DNA of 64,000 nucleotides from Nitrosopumilus sp. (lineage in GTDB: Archaea; Thermoproteota; Nitrososphaeria; Nitrososphaerales; Nitrosopumilaceae): assembly GCA_965219345.1 (NCBI GenBank), contig OZ244732.1, positions 1,408,001-1,472,000 on the forward strand. Direction: 5' to 3'. The translations under genes and the position numbers were made by a program. This document shows positions 34,180 through 43,441 of this stretch, piece after piece (positions within the stretch are counted from its first letter, which is position 1; the number at the start of each line of letters is the position of its first letter). The notes under the pieces are model-generated. The model had not been told where the DNA came from. It did not search any database and worked only from the letters and a program-made list of their open reading frames with translations.

Positions 34180-34453
34180 CAGTAGAACCTCAGCGACTCC
34201 ACGTCCCTAAGAAAGGAAAGGTGTCAGACATGCCTTAGTTCCGACTCGCATCTTCTTATGTTCCTTTCAAGCTCTGATTTTTTGCGTTTAAGATGCTTTA
34301 GCTCCAGAGTTACCGCCTTTTTGCGCGATTGTGGATGCTTGATGTTGCCGCAAATGGCATCCGCTCTTTTTCCGTTCTCTTGATATCTATGATAATGATA
34401 TTCGTTGCCACAGACATTCATAATTATGATTGGCATTATATGTTATCTCAAAG
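34180..34453 (+). repeat. ~274-bp near-identical repeat (copy 40071-40344) containing a 70-aa ORF
   Basis: CAGTAGAACCTCAGCGACTCC...TATGTTATCTCAAAG twice. Confidence 0.92.
34224..34436 (-). CDS. Small basic hypothetical protein (beta hairpin and coiled coil), copy 1
   Basis: Nearly identical to 40115-40327. Confidence 0.55.
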   Translation of the reverse strand: MPIIIMNVCGNEYHYHRYQENGKRADAICGNIKHPQSRKKAVTLELKHLKRKKSELERNIRRCESELRHV

Positions 34454-34586
34454 ACCGGCCGAGGTCTCATTGATGCCTCCCTCTGTTTCTTCCATATCAA
34501 ATACAAGACCCGACAGTGTTGCAAACACCCCATGTCTTACACGTTCTGACAGTCCGAACCTCCTACGGTGTGATTTCAGGCTAGGG

Positions 34587-35966
34587 CTAGATACTGCAGG
34601 TTGCAGTCGTAGTTATGGTCTGCGTCAGCTGACCTGTAAAGTCTTGACTGATGTTATCAATTTGAACCTGCAGATATTGGAAAGCAAAATTGCCAGGTGG
34701 GAAAACATCTACCGCCCTACCGTCTGTTTCAGACATTGGGGTTCTGTTCTCGTATACATGGTTCGAACTATTAATACCGTACCTTGTCTGCCCTACATCC
34801 ATGATTGGCTCATCATTACTGTTCATCCAGTCAGTTGCAGATATGTCCACATAAATATAGGCAGTGCCAGTATTCTCAATTACCATTAACTTTGCATCCG
34901 AAGTATCTCCATATGCCAGACTGCCAAAGTCCAGATCACCGGATACGCTGGCCGAGCATACGGGAGCATCGGCGCCAGAGGCATCCAGCGTGACGTTAAT
35001 CATCTTTCTTGCAATCTCGTTTTGGGACTCTACGATGGCGCCATCTACAACGGTACCGTAGGGCAGGCCGACAGTCATATTGTATAAAAAGAAGTCGTCA
35101 CTAAACACGCCCCTGATGTTGTACTCGGTGCCGTATAATAAAAATGATAGATTATCCAGATTCCCATCCTGATCCTCGTTTAATGTTATGGGCAGTCCGC
35201 CATCTGTCGTCTCAGGAAGGTCAAGTCCGACTCTTGCATTACTTACAAAGGGCTCAAAGGAGGGAAATGGAAAGAGGAAATTCGGAGGTTGCTTACCATA
35301 CAGGTCTTCAGTTTCATAAAGCACGACTACGCCGGAACTGTTGGAGGACTTTGTAAAGTCATCCCTGAACGTTACGGATGGCTTTTCACCTACCGTAATC
35401 TCCACGGGTATGGTCTTGGTTGCCCCGGTAGTAGTACAGGTCGCATTCCCGGCATTACCGGTATAGGTGAACTCTTTTATGACAATGTCAAACGTATCGA
35501 TGCCCGTATATGTGGCACCGGGGATGTAGTCAAATTCGGCAAGCATTGTGGGGTCGTGGCCAAAGTCATTCGTATTACAGGTTATGGCAAGTCTAGTGCC
35601 ATTATTAAAATCGTACGGTTTTATGGGATCTCCGGATGCCACAAGACTGCCGCCCTCTTCAGTGGTCAGGGGGTCGGGAAACACGGCAATCCAGGGACTT
35701 CCAGTGACATTATAACCAATAGCATTATGAACAAGTCTAGATGAGTCTGGTAACGAGGATGGTGTGCTTAACAGTACTCTTGTCAGTTCCAAGTCATGGG
35801 CAATCGTACCATATCCGACATCGTATCTCAGTGTTGGAACAATATCCACAGTACCATCAGTGTCTGACTGGCCATACGCATAGTAGCCTCCTGCAGTCAT
35901 TGTTGCTGTTATCGCTACCGCCATCAGGATCGCCGCAACAGTGCCGTCTCTCTTCTTTAGTGCCAA
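34587..35966 (-). CDS. Secreted surface-protein family, paralog 2
   Basis: Homologous to 23135-24478. Confidence 0.85.
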   Translation of the reverse strand: MALKKRDGTVAAILMAVAITATMTAGGYYAYGQSDTDGTVDIVPTLRYDVGYGTIAHDLELTRVLLSTPSSLPDSSRLVHNAIGYNVTGSPWIAVFPDPLTTEEGGSLVASGDPIKPYDFNNGTRLAITCNTNDFGHDPTMLAEFDYIPGATYTGIDTFDIVIKEFTYTGNAGNATCTTTGATKTIPVEITVGEKPSVTFRDDFTKSSNSSGVVVLYETEDLYGKQPPNFLFPFPSFEPFVSNARVGLDLPETTDGGLPITLNEDQDGNLDNLSFLLYGTEYNIRGVFSDDFFLYNMTVGLPYGTVVDGAIVESQNEIARKMINVTLDASGADAPVCSASVSGDLDFGSLAYGDTSDAKLMVIENTGTAYIYVDISATDWMNSNDEPIMDVGQTRYGINSSNHVYENRTPMSETDGRAVDVFPPGNFAFQYLQVQIDNISQDFTGQLTQTITTTATCSI

Positions 35967-36007
35967 TGACTGTATACGGGGGGGGGGGGGGTAAATAACT
36001 ATATCGA
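35967..36007 (-). promoter_or_regulatory. Putative promoter with C14 tract, paralog 2
   Basis: G14 at 35978-35991 followed by TAAATAACTATATCG. Confidence 0.65.
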
Positions 36008-36104
36008 AGGGTGGTTCTGTTGCATCTTGGTGACCTAAAATAAAGGAACTGGTTATCGGTAGATAATTCTACTTGGAGACGGTGTTTGAGAGGTGGTGTA
36101 GTTT

Positions 36105-36747
36105 TTAATCTTCCAGCAAGTCTTTTCCTGCTAATAATTTACGTACAAATGGACCGCCGGTCCAGCTATCTCTGACTTGATAATTAACATTATAAGCCTC
36201 AGCAATATTTTCCAACTGCCCGTCTGTAAAATCAGAATATGCAGATAGTTCACGTGATATTGTATTAGCTTCACTAAATGAACCTGCATACCTAAGTTCT
36301 AAAATTATTTCATCGATTTCTCTAAGAGTTCCGTCTACAACACGTCTGAATAATTCTGAAAGTCGTATTGTTTCTTTATCAATATTTTTAATGTTAAATT
36401 TGGAACTTTGGTATTTGGACATGAATCCATAAGGCATTGTGCCGTCAATTGAGATTGGGAAAATTTTCTTTTTAAGATATATGGCAATTCCTACCTCTTG
36501 ATTTGTATAATCCGCATTTCGGAATTTAGATGATAAAAGAACTACAAACAATTCACATTCTTCTATTCTTTTTTTTTAGTGTGTCTTCCCAATCAGAACC
36601 AGTTTCAATATCCCTATGTGCTAGAAATATATCAAAATGACTTTCTTTCAACTTTTTTGCAATACTCTCAGCAGTGATTTTATCCTCATCTGCATGACTT
36701 AAAAATGTAAGAATCCGTGTCATTGTTGATTTGTAATTAACTACCAT
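36105..36747 (-). pseudogene. TIR-domain protein split at an A9 run
   Basis: FLSHADEDK...DIETGSDW | FVVLLS..F..ADYTNQEVG; deleting one A at 36569-36577 fuses the two ORFs. Confidence 0.85.
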
Positions 36748-36789
36748 ATCAGTGTTAGTTCGATCTCAGTTCTATGTTTTCAAAACAAG

Positions 36790-36836
36790 GGTTCTGGTAG
36801 AAAATGGTGATCTGATCACTGTTTTGCACCAGAACC
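36790..36836. mobile_element. 47-bp palindromic mini-IS6 / MITE-like element
   Basis: GGTTCTGGT-AG-AAAATGGTGATC-T-GATCACTGTTTT-GC-ACCAGAACC. Confidence 0.6.
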
Positions 36837-36975
36837 GAAATATGTAGTATAGTTGCACCAGATCAAGAAGCATTTGCAATTTTAGGATTCCCATTAGTAT
36901 TTCAATTTGAATTTCACTAAACAATTCCCACATGTCACCTTTGTGATACACATTACTAAAGAGAAATATTTTTGA

Positions 36976-37254
36976 TTAATTAGAGTCGTTTTGATAAGAT
37001 GCTTCTATGCATATCAAAAATATTTTTTGTTCATCATGATCTACATGATACGTCAAAGGAAAAGGTTTGCTCTCAACTTCTGAACTCTCATATTCATCTA
37101 TGATATCATATTCAGGTTTTGAATCCAAATCAAGAACATTTCTGAGAAATCTCATTGATTGTAAAACATAGGTTTGTTTTGTCTCATCTAAATTCAAAAA
37201 TTGTATGAAAAAAGTTTTAGTGATTAAAAGCTTCCACAATTTGTCCTGCTCCAT
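36976..37254 (-). CDS. Hypothetical protein (possibly RelE-like fold)
   Basis: 92 aa; WKLLITKTF... and LTYHVDHDEQKIFLICI loosely resemble RelE/ParE. Confidence 0.4.
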   Translation of the reverse strand: MEQDKLWKLLITKTFFIQFLNLDETKQTYVLQSMRFLRNVLDLDSKPEYDIIDEYESSEVESKPFPLTYHVDHDEQKIFLICIEASYQNDSN

Positions 37255-37538
37255 TTAAAAAAGACATGCCTTCCAGTATTGTTCCCTCAAACGCAAAATC
37301 TACATTTCCTTTTTCCAAGTCTTCTTTAAATTGACTGATCTGTTGCATCTGCTTTTTTGTAAAACAGAATGGTGAAAATTGTGTGGTTTGCATGATAACT
37401 GAGATGCTAAGTTGATATTAAAAGTTTTACTATCCATATATGACCACATAATGAATAAAATTTGTCATTTTCTCTTTTGATAAGATTTCAAGCCAATATG
37501 ACTGATGTAATCATGTATTACATTCCTTTTTTACTGTA

Positions 37539-39061
37539 TCAGAATATCTTGACAGGCATCGGATTATCTAAGTTAATGTGTGGATGGATTTTGTCAACAA
37601 GTAATGCCACAGCGTATTTGAGACAGCGATCGGCATCATCTTTTGTTACTTGCTTCCCATTATGGTAGAACTTGTTACGCTTTCTTTTCAGATCAATTAA
37701 AAGATCCTAAGAATCTTCATCAATTTTATCTTGAAGACTAAGAACTTCCAAGACATAGTCAATCGTCCATTGGGTGGGATTGTTTAGTTTGGATAAGCGC
37801 TCATGATCAATATCTTTCTGGGAGAGTAACGTGTGCCAAAGATCAGAGTAGTGTCTTTCTATCACACTCCAACCTAGGATAAAAGATGGAGCAAACTCTG
37901 AGTTGACAAGATGAGTCAGTCCATCATTGAGCAATCTCATGTCTTCTGATAATTTTTCATGTACAAGTAATTTTTCAGTGTTTGACAGAATTTTCTGCAT
38001 GGTCTCTAATTTCATCTCGGTTTTTGTAACGAACCTGTTGTGTTTGAAATTAAAGGAGTCCTCAATGAGATGTGCTCGTCTAGTTTCAGAATTCCATTGC
38101 ATGTCAGTTATAGTCAAATTTTGTTTGTCATAATTGGCCATAACCAATTCATGCTCACGAACAGCATGCAGAGAAAATCCATAAAATGCCCAAATGACAT
38201 TATCAGGTTTAGAATTTTTAATGCATCTTCTTTACTTCTGCTTTCAACAAAGATAAACCCATCCTTGTTGACGATGATTTGATTATTGCCAATCATTCTG
38301 TCAAATACTTTAGAATTAATCAAACGATTGAATGTGTTGTGGACCAATTCCCCTATACTACGCTTTTGTTCTGCACCTATTACAATTGGAGGAAACAAAT
38401 GCACTCCAAATCCCGCATATCTGTAATTTGCAAGTGATGATGGTTGTTGCAATATTGATGTTCTATCTTGTTTGCCCTTGGCTTCTTGTTTGATTTTTTG
38501 AATTGTCTTGTTAATTTCTTGTATGTGATCAATCTCTCCAATATTTCCTGCATGAATCCCGGTCCAGGTATCTTCAAGTGCCATCCCAATTAATGCATGA
38601 TGATCTCTTCTTTGTGGCATAAAGGCATCGCTCTTGATCATCTCAATAAATTTGGAAATCTCTGAGGCCATTTTCTCCCCCAATGTATTGAATTGCTCAT
38701 ATTCTGCTGGCAGTTTCTGCTTGGTTTTTCGTATCCATCTTTTATCTTCCAGTATTGTAACCACTTTGGAATAAAATTCATGTCGTTTGTATGGTCCATT
38801 TACTGTGATTTCCTTGTCCGGCCTGTCGTTAAAATTAGATTGTATTATTAGTTGGTAATCCGGATCAGCAATCCAAAAAATTTCAATCTGGCATGGGTTT
38901 AAAAAATTATTTGTGTTGTTCACACCTTTTTTTTCATCGGCAGATAATTTTTCGTATTCTTCTCGAAAATAGTCAATATAGTTTAGATACCATTGTGTTA
39001 ACGATTCTCGTTTACTGGTTTGTTCCAACATACGGCTTAGATATGTTGGATATATTAACAC
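37539..39061 (-). pseudogene. HEPN-domain protein with a frameshift and a premature stop
   Basis: ORFs 38114-39061 and 37707-38147 overlap; reading past the TAG at 37707 gives DLKRKRNKFYHNG (RxxxxH). Confidence 0.65.
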
Positions 39062-39182
39062 AGATAATTTCTTACATTGATCGAAACGAGGAAAAATCTC
39101 CCATTAACTTAAATTCCGTTGAATCATGAAAATAGTGAAGAATTTCATAGTAAGGATTTTCTAATCTGAAACCTAAACATGC

Positions 39183-39662
39183 ATGATGGAAGTCATTCTG
39201 ATGATTGGAATTCAAGGTAGTGGAAAGACAATGCTTACCCAAATTGCATTTCCAAACCATCGCCATATATCCTTAGATAAAATCAAAGAATTTTCATCAA
39301 GGAAAAAACATGATCTGTTAAAACAATACACAATAAGTAATGCACAACTGTTGCATGATCAACGTTTGAGCAAAGAAAGAAAAATTGAATATGTTATAAT
39401 AGATAACTGCCTAAAAAATGGCAAAAATGTTGTTGTTGATGATACTAATGTTACAAAACATATACGTAAACACCATATTCATCTTGCTCAAAAATATGAT
39501 GCTACAGTAAACGCAATATTTTTTCAGAACATCCAAAAAGCGTATGAGCAAAACAGAAATCGCAAGAAACCATTGGATAAAAAAATATTGGATAAATTTC
39601 ATAGTGATTTAGAAATTCCCCACATGGAAGAAGGATTTGGATTTATCCAAGTCATGTGTTGA
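39183..39662 (+). CDS. AAA_33 / polynucleotide-kinase-like P-loop protein
   Basis: MIGIQGSGKT, VVVDDTN, and P..EEGF C-terminus. Confidence 0.85.
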   Translation: MMEVILMIGIQGSGKTMLTQIAFPNHRHISLDKIKEFSSRKKHDLLKQYTISNAQLLHDQRLSKERKIEYVIIDNCLKNGKNVVVDDTNVTKHIRKHHIHLAQKYDATVNAIFFQNIQKAYEQNRNRKKPLDKKILDKFHSDLEIPHMEEGFGFIQVMC

Positions 39663-39794
39663 TATTCTAACGTAGCAATACAACACCTGAATGTAGTACT
39701 AATTTAAAATGATAGAAAATGATATCAATGTATAACAACAGAATGATCTAAAATATTTATAATAAAAACCAATGTATGAATTCACCCATCCCTT

Positions 39795-40067
39795 ATATCA
39801 GTCGGGTAACCTCCTCTTCTGCCACGCTCTTGCCGTGATTCTGCCATGTTAGGACACAGCTTACAAAATCTTCAAGGCGCTTTATGGCCTTGCTGCCGCC
39901 CTTGGTCTGCCGCTTATCTTCTGGAACACCACTAGATAACGCAGTGCCCTCTCCGATGCATTGTTAGTCGGCTCCATCCCCAGATACCCCACAAACGTGT
40001 ACAGGTTCTCTGCGGCGTTCTCAAGGGTCGTGCCAAATCCGATACCGAGATTCTTGTATTCCCACAT
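39795..40067 (-). pseudogene. IS66-family transposase C-terminal remnant
   Basis: LYTFV...MEPTNNASERALR.LVV..KISG. Confidence 0.8.
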
Positions 40068-40114
40068 GGTCAGTAGAACCTCAGCGACTCCACGTCCCTA
40101 AGAAAGGAAAGGCG

Positions 40115-40327
40115 TCAGACATGCCTTAGTTCCAACTCGCATCTTCTTATGTTCCTTTCAAGCTCTGATTTTTTGCGTTTAAGATGCTTTAGCTCCAGAG
40201 TTACCGCCTTTTTGCGCGATTGTGGATGCTTGATGTTGCCGCAAATGGCATCCGCTCTTTTTCCATTCTCTTGATATCTATGATAATAGTATTCGTTGCC
40301 ACAGACATTCATAATTATGATTGGCAT
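40115..40327 (-). CDS. Small basic hypothetical protein, copy 2
   Basis: Duplicate of 34224-34436. Confidence 0.55.
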   Translation of the reverse strand: MPIIIMNVCGNEYYYHRYQENGKRADAICGNIKHPQSRKKAVTLELKHLKRKKSELERNIRRCELELRHV

Positions 40328-40887
40328 TATATGTTATCTCAAAGGGTTCTGTGTAACCTTCGGGTGTTATTCTGTAGCCTTGTTTAGTGAGACATAAAAG
40401 CGCAACGGGGACTCGGTCTGACATTCAACCTTCTTGCAAGTTCTCATACTATGATCTAGACCTTTCGGAATTTGGTTCTGTCAGGTTGTCGAGGGGGACA
40501 AGTCAGGACTGGTTTCTCCATTCATCCTTGTCCAAAGCCGTCATCTGTTTAGAAGATACATTCCCACTTGGTGAAGGCAACATAGCTAGCTTCTTCAAGT
40601 GGGATAGAGTCACAAGCATTGCAAGTCAGCAATCCATGCCAATAGTCTTTGATGCCGGGAATCCCCGCTGCGGCCTTCATCCAATGGAAAATCACCACTG
40701 TACCGTGTGGCAGCAGCAGCAGCAACAGCAGCAGTAGCGAAGGCCGATACATAATGATGCCAGAGACAATGGCTACGCAGCCGGCATCCCTTTTAATTCA
40801 CAATGACGGATTTTTACAAAATAAATAAGAAAGGCTAGGGACAGAACACAGATACAGTCACAGTCTGTGGATGACAGCCAATGAGTG

Positions 40888-42270
40888 CTACTGCAGCAGA
40901 TAAGGACAGGACACAGATATAGTCACAGTCTGTGTAATCTGACCTGTAAAGTCTGGACTGATGTCGCCACCAATTTGAACTTGCAGCCAGTTGACATTTT
41001 CCCCGTCAGGAGGGATAAAAGCGGTAAACACTCTGTCTGTTTCAGATATTAAGTGTATATTCTCGTATGCAATGCGCCGGTCATCAGAGTACCTTGTCTG
41101 CCCCACATCCATGATTGGGGTACCATGACTGTCCAGCCAGTCAGTGCCAGATATTGACATACCACCATAAGTAGTGCCAGTATTCTTGGTTGCAAGTCTC
41201 TTTTTATCCGAAATATCGCCATATGCCAGACTGCCAAAGTCCAGATCAGCGGATACCCTGACTGAGCATATAGGAACATCAGTAGCGCCAGAGGCATCCA
41301 GCGTGACGTCAATTGTTTTTGATGCAATCTCGTTTAGGGACCCTACGATAGTGCCGTTTGCAGCAACGGTACCGTAAGGCAGACTGGCAGTCGCATTGTA
41401 TGAAAAAGAGTCATTACTAAACACGCCTCTGATGACATAATATTTGGTACCATTTTCCAAGGTTACGGGAGTTATGACTGATCCGTCATCTGTCGTCTCA
41501 GGAAGGTCAAGTCCGACTATTGCATTACTTACAGGGAGATCAAAGGAGGGAAATGGAACCGCGAAGTCGAAGAAGCCATCACCGGGAGGTTGCAAACCAA
41601 TCAGGTCATCATCACGGTCAAGCACGACTACGCCGGAACTGTTGGAGAACTTTGTAAAGTCATCCCTGAACGTTACGGATGGCTTTTCACCTACCGTAAT
41701 CTCCACGGGTATGGTCTTGGTTGCCCCGGTAGTAGTACAGGTCGCATTCCCGGCATTACCGGTATAGGTGAACTCTTTTATGACAATGTCAAACGTATCG
41801 ATGCCCGTATATGTAGCACCGGGGATGTAGTCAAATTCGGCAAGCATTGTGGGGTCGTGGCCAAAGTCATCCGTAGCACAGGTTATGGCAGGTACCTGAT
41901 TGCCAAGATCATGATAGTCGTATGGTAATATGGGATCTCCGGATGCCACAAGGCTGCCGCCCTCTTCAGTGGTCAGGGGGTCGGGAAACACGGCAATCCA
42001 GGGATTGTCACTGCCGGGTTGTCTAAGGTTGATGGCATTATGATATGTGGGATGAACACGATCCTCTGTTACCAGGGACAGATCATGGGCAATCGTACCA
42101 TATCCGACATCGTATCTCAGTGTTGGAAGAATCTCCACGTCAGCATCATTGACTGACTGGCCATACGCATGGCCTGCAGTCACTGCTACTGCTGCTACTG
42201 CTGCTACCACTGTTATCGCTGCAGCCATCAGGATCGCCGCAACAGTGCCGTCCCTCTTCTTTAGTGTCAC
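40888..42270 (-). CDS. Secreted surface-protein family, paralog 3
   Basis: Homologous to paralogs 1, 2 and 4; most divergent C-terminal domain. Confidence 0.85.
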   Translation of the reverse strand: MTLKKRDGTVAAILMAAAITVVAAVAAVAVTAGHAYGQSVNDADVEILPTLRYDVGYGTIAHDLSLVTEDRVHPTYHNAINLRQPGSDNPWIAVFPDPLTTEEGGSLVASGDPILPYDYHDLGNQVPAITCATDDFGHDPTMLAEFDYIPGATYTGIDTFDIVIKEFTYTGNAGNATCTTTGATKTIPVEITVGEKPSVTFRDDFTKFSNSSGVVVLDRDDDLIGLQPPGDGFFDFAVPFPSFDLPVSNAIVGLDLPETTDDGSVITPVTLENGTKYYVIRGVFSNDSFSYNATASLPYGTVAANGTIVGSLNEIASKTIDVTLDASGATDVPICSVRVSADLDFGSLAYGDISDKKRLATKNTGTTYGGMSISGTDWLDSHGTPIMDVGQTRYSDDRRIAYENIHLISETDRVFTAFIPPDGENVNWLQVQIGGDISPDFTGQITQTVTISVSCPYLLQ

Positions 42271-42311
42271 TGACTGTATACGGGGGGGGGGGGGGGTAAA
42301 TAACTATATCG
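42271..42311 (-). promoter_or_regulatory. Putative promoter with C15 tract, paralog 3
   Basis: G15 at 42282-42296 followed by TAAATAACTATATCG. Confidence 0.65.
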
Positions 42312-42317
42312 GAGGGT

Positions 42318-43300
42318 GGTTCTGTGTAATCTTCGGGACTTGAGAAATATGGAAAAATGATTTTTTTGATCAATTTTTAGATTTGTCTTACATCATAAAG
42401 ATCAAATGTAATATTTTTAGTTCCTAAAACAGCTTGAAACACAATGTTATCGTCTACAGCTATTTGCATTACATTGTCTGTTAGAAAACCACCGCCTAAT
42501 TCTTGTACTTCTAAATTGATTTGTCTAAAATGAGCAATCATATTGTTTATGTTGCCTTGTATAACTGGATGTAGAGGAGAAAAGAGAGCATTGTATCTTT
42601 CCGTAAATCTGTCAACCATTATGAGATGATGGGAATTGATGTATCTTTTAAAACCATATACAACTGGGTATCAAAGTGCTCTGAAATGACCTCGATCTAT
42701 CTCAATGGCATAGTTCCAAGAACTAAAGGTCTAATGTTCAGGGCAGATGAGGTATGGATTAAAGTAAATGGCAAACAATGTTATCTGTTTGCTGGTATGG
42801 ATGATGATTCTAGATTTTGGCTAGCTTCTGATGTTGCAGATAACAAGTTTCATCACAATGCAGACAGCCTCTTAGAATTCACAAAAAGACAGGCTGGAAA
42901 ATCACCTAGAAATTTTGTTACTGACGGTCTACCAGCATACATGAAATCATCAAAGAAAATATTTGGAAAAAAGACAAATCACATCAGACATATTCACATC
43001 CAAAAAGATGTGAACAACAACAAGATGGAGCGTTTAAACGGAGAGATCAGAGACCGAGAGAAAGCCTTTAGGGGTCTCAAAAGAATAGACACGCCAGTAA
43101 TTGAAGGCATGAAAGTGTATTACAATTTCACAAAAAAACATGGAGCTTTGAAAGGCAAGACACCAGCTCAAGCCTCACTAATTGAAGTGGACGGTAAGAA
43201 CAAATGGAAGACGATCATACAAAATGCCTCACTAAACAAGGCTACTGAATGAATCCTTAGAAGATCCATATTTCTCAAGTCCCGAAGATTACACAGAACC
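42318..43300 (+). mobile_element. Internally deleted IS6-family element with 36-bp perfect terminal IRs
   Basis: GGTTCTGTGTAATCTTCGGGACTTGAGAAATATGGA at 42318-42353 and its reverse complement at 43265-43300. Confidence 0.9.
42626..43252 (+). CDS. IS6-family DDE transposase (5'-truncated)
   Basis: TIYNWV, ADEVWIKVNG..YLF..MD, VTDGLPAY, NNKMERLN. Confidence 0.88.
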   Translation: MMGIDVSFKTIYNWVSKCSEMTSIYLNGIVPRTKGLMFRADEVWIKVNGKQCYLFAGMDDDSRFWLASDVADNKFHHNADSLLEFTKRQAGKSPRNFVTDGLPAYMKSSKKIFGKKTNHIRHIHIQKDVNNNKMERLNGEIRDREKAFRGLKRIDTPVIEGMKVYYNFTKKHGALKGKTPAQASLIEVDGKNKWKTIIQNASLNKATE

Positions 43301-43441
43301 TCTCAAAGACCGGCCGAGGTCTCATTGATGCCTCCCTCTGTTTCTTCCATATCAAATACAAGACCCGACAGTGTTGCAAACACCCCATGTCTTACACGTT
43401 CTGACAGTCCGAACCTCCTACGGTGTGATTTCAGGCTAGGG

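Larger units (their letters stand above)
40345..43300. mobile_element. IS6-bounded composite unit carrying surface-protein paralog 3
   Basis: Starts GGTTCTGTGTAACCTTCGGG and ends CCCGAAGATTACACAGAACC; flanked by the 8-bp direct repeat TCTCAAAG (40337-40344, 43301-43308); empty site at 34446-34453. Confidence 0.88.

Noticed and set aside
42146-42373. Poly-Pro ORFs reading through the C tracts (also 44649-44864)
   Set aside because: They are out of frame with the surface genes and start within unrelated IS-end sequence. The TATA-like box at promoter distance fits better, though tract slippage could occasionally fuse them.
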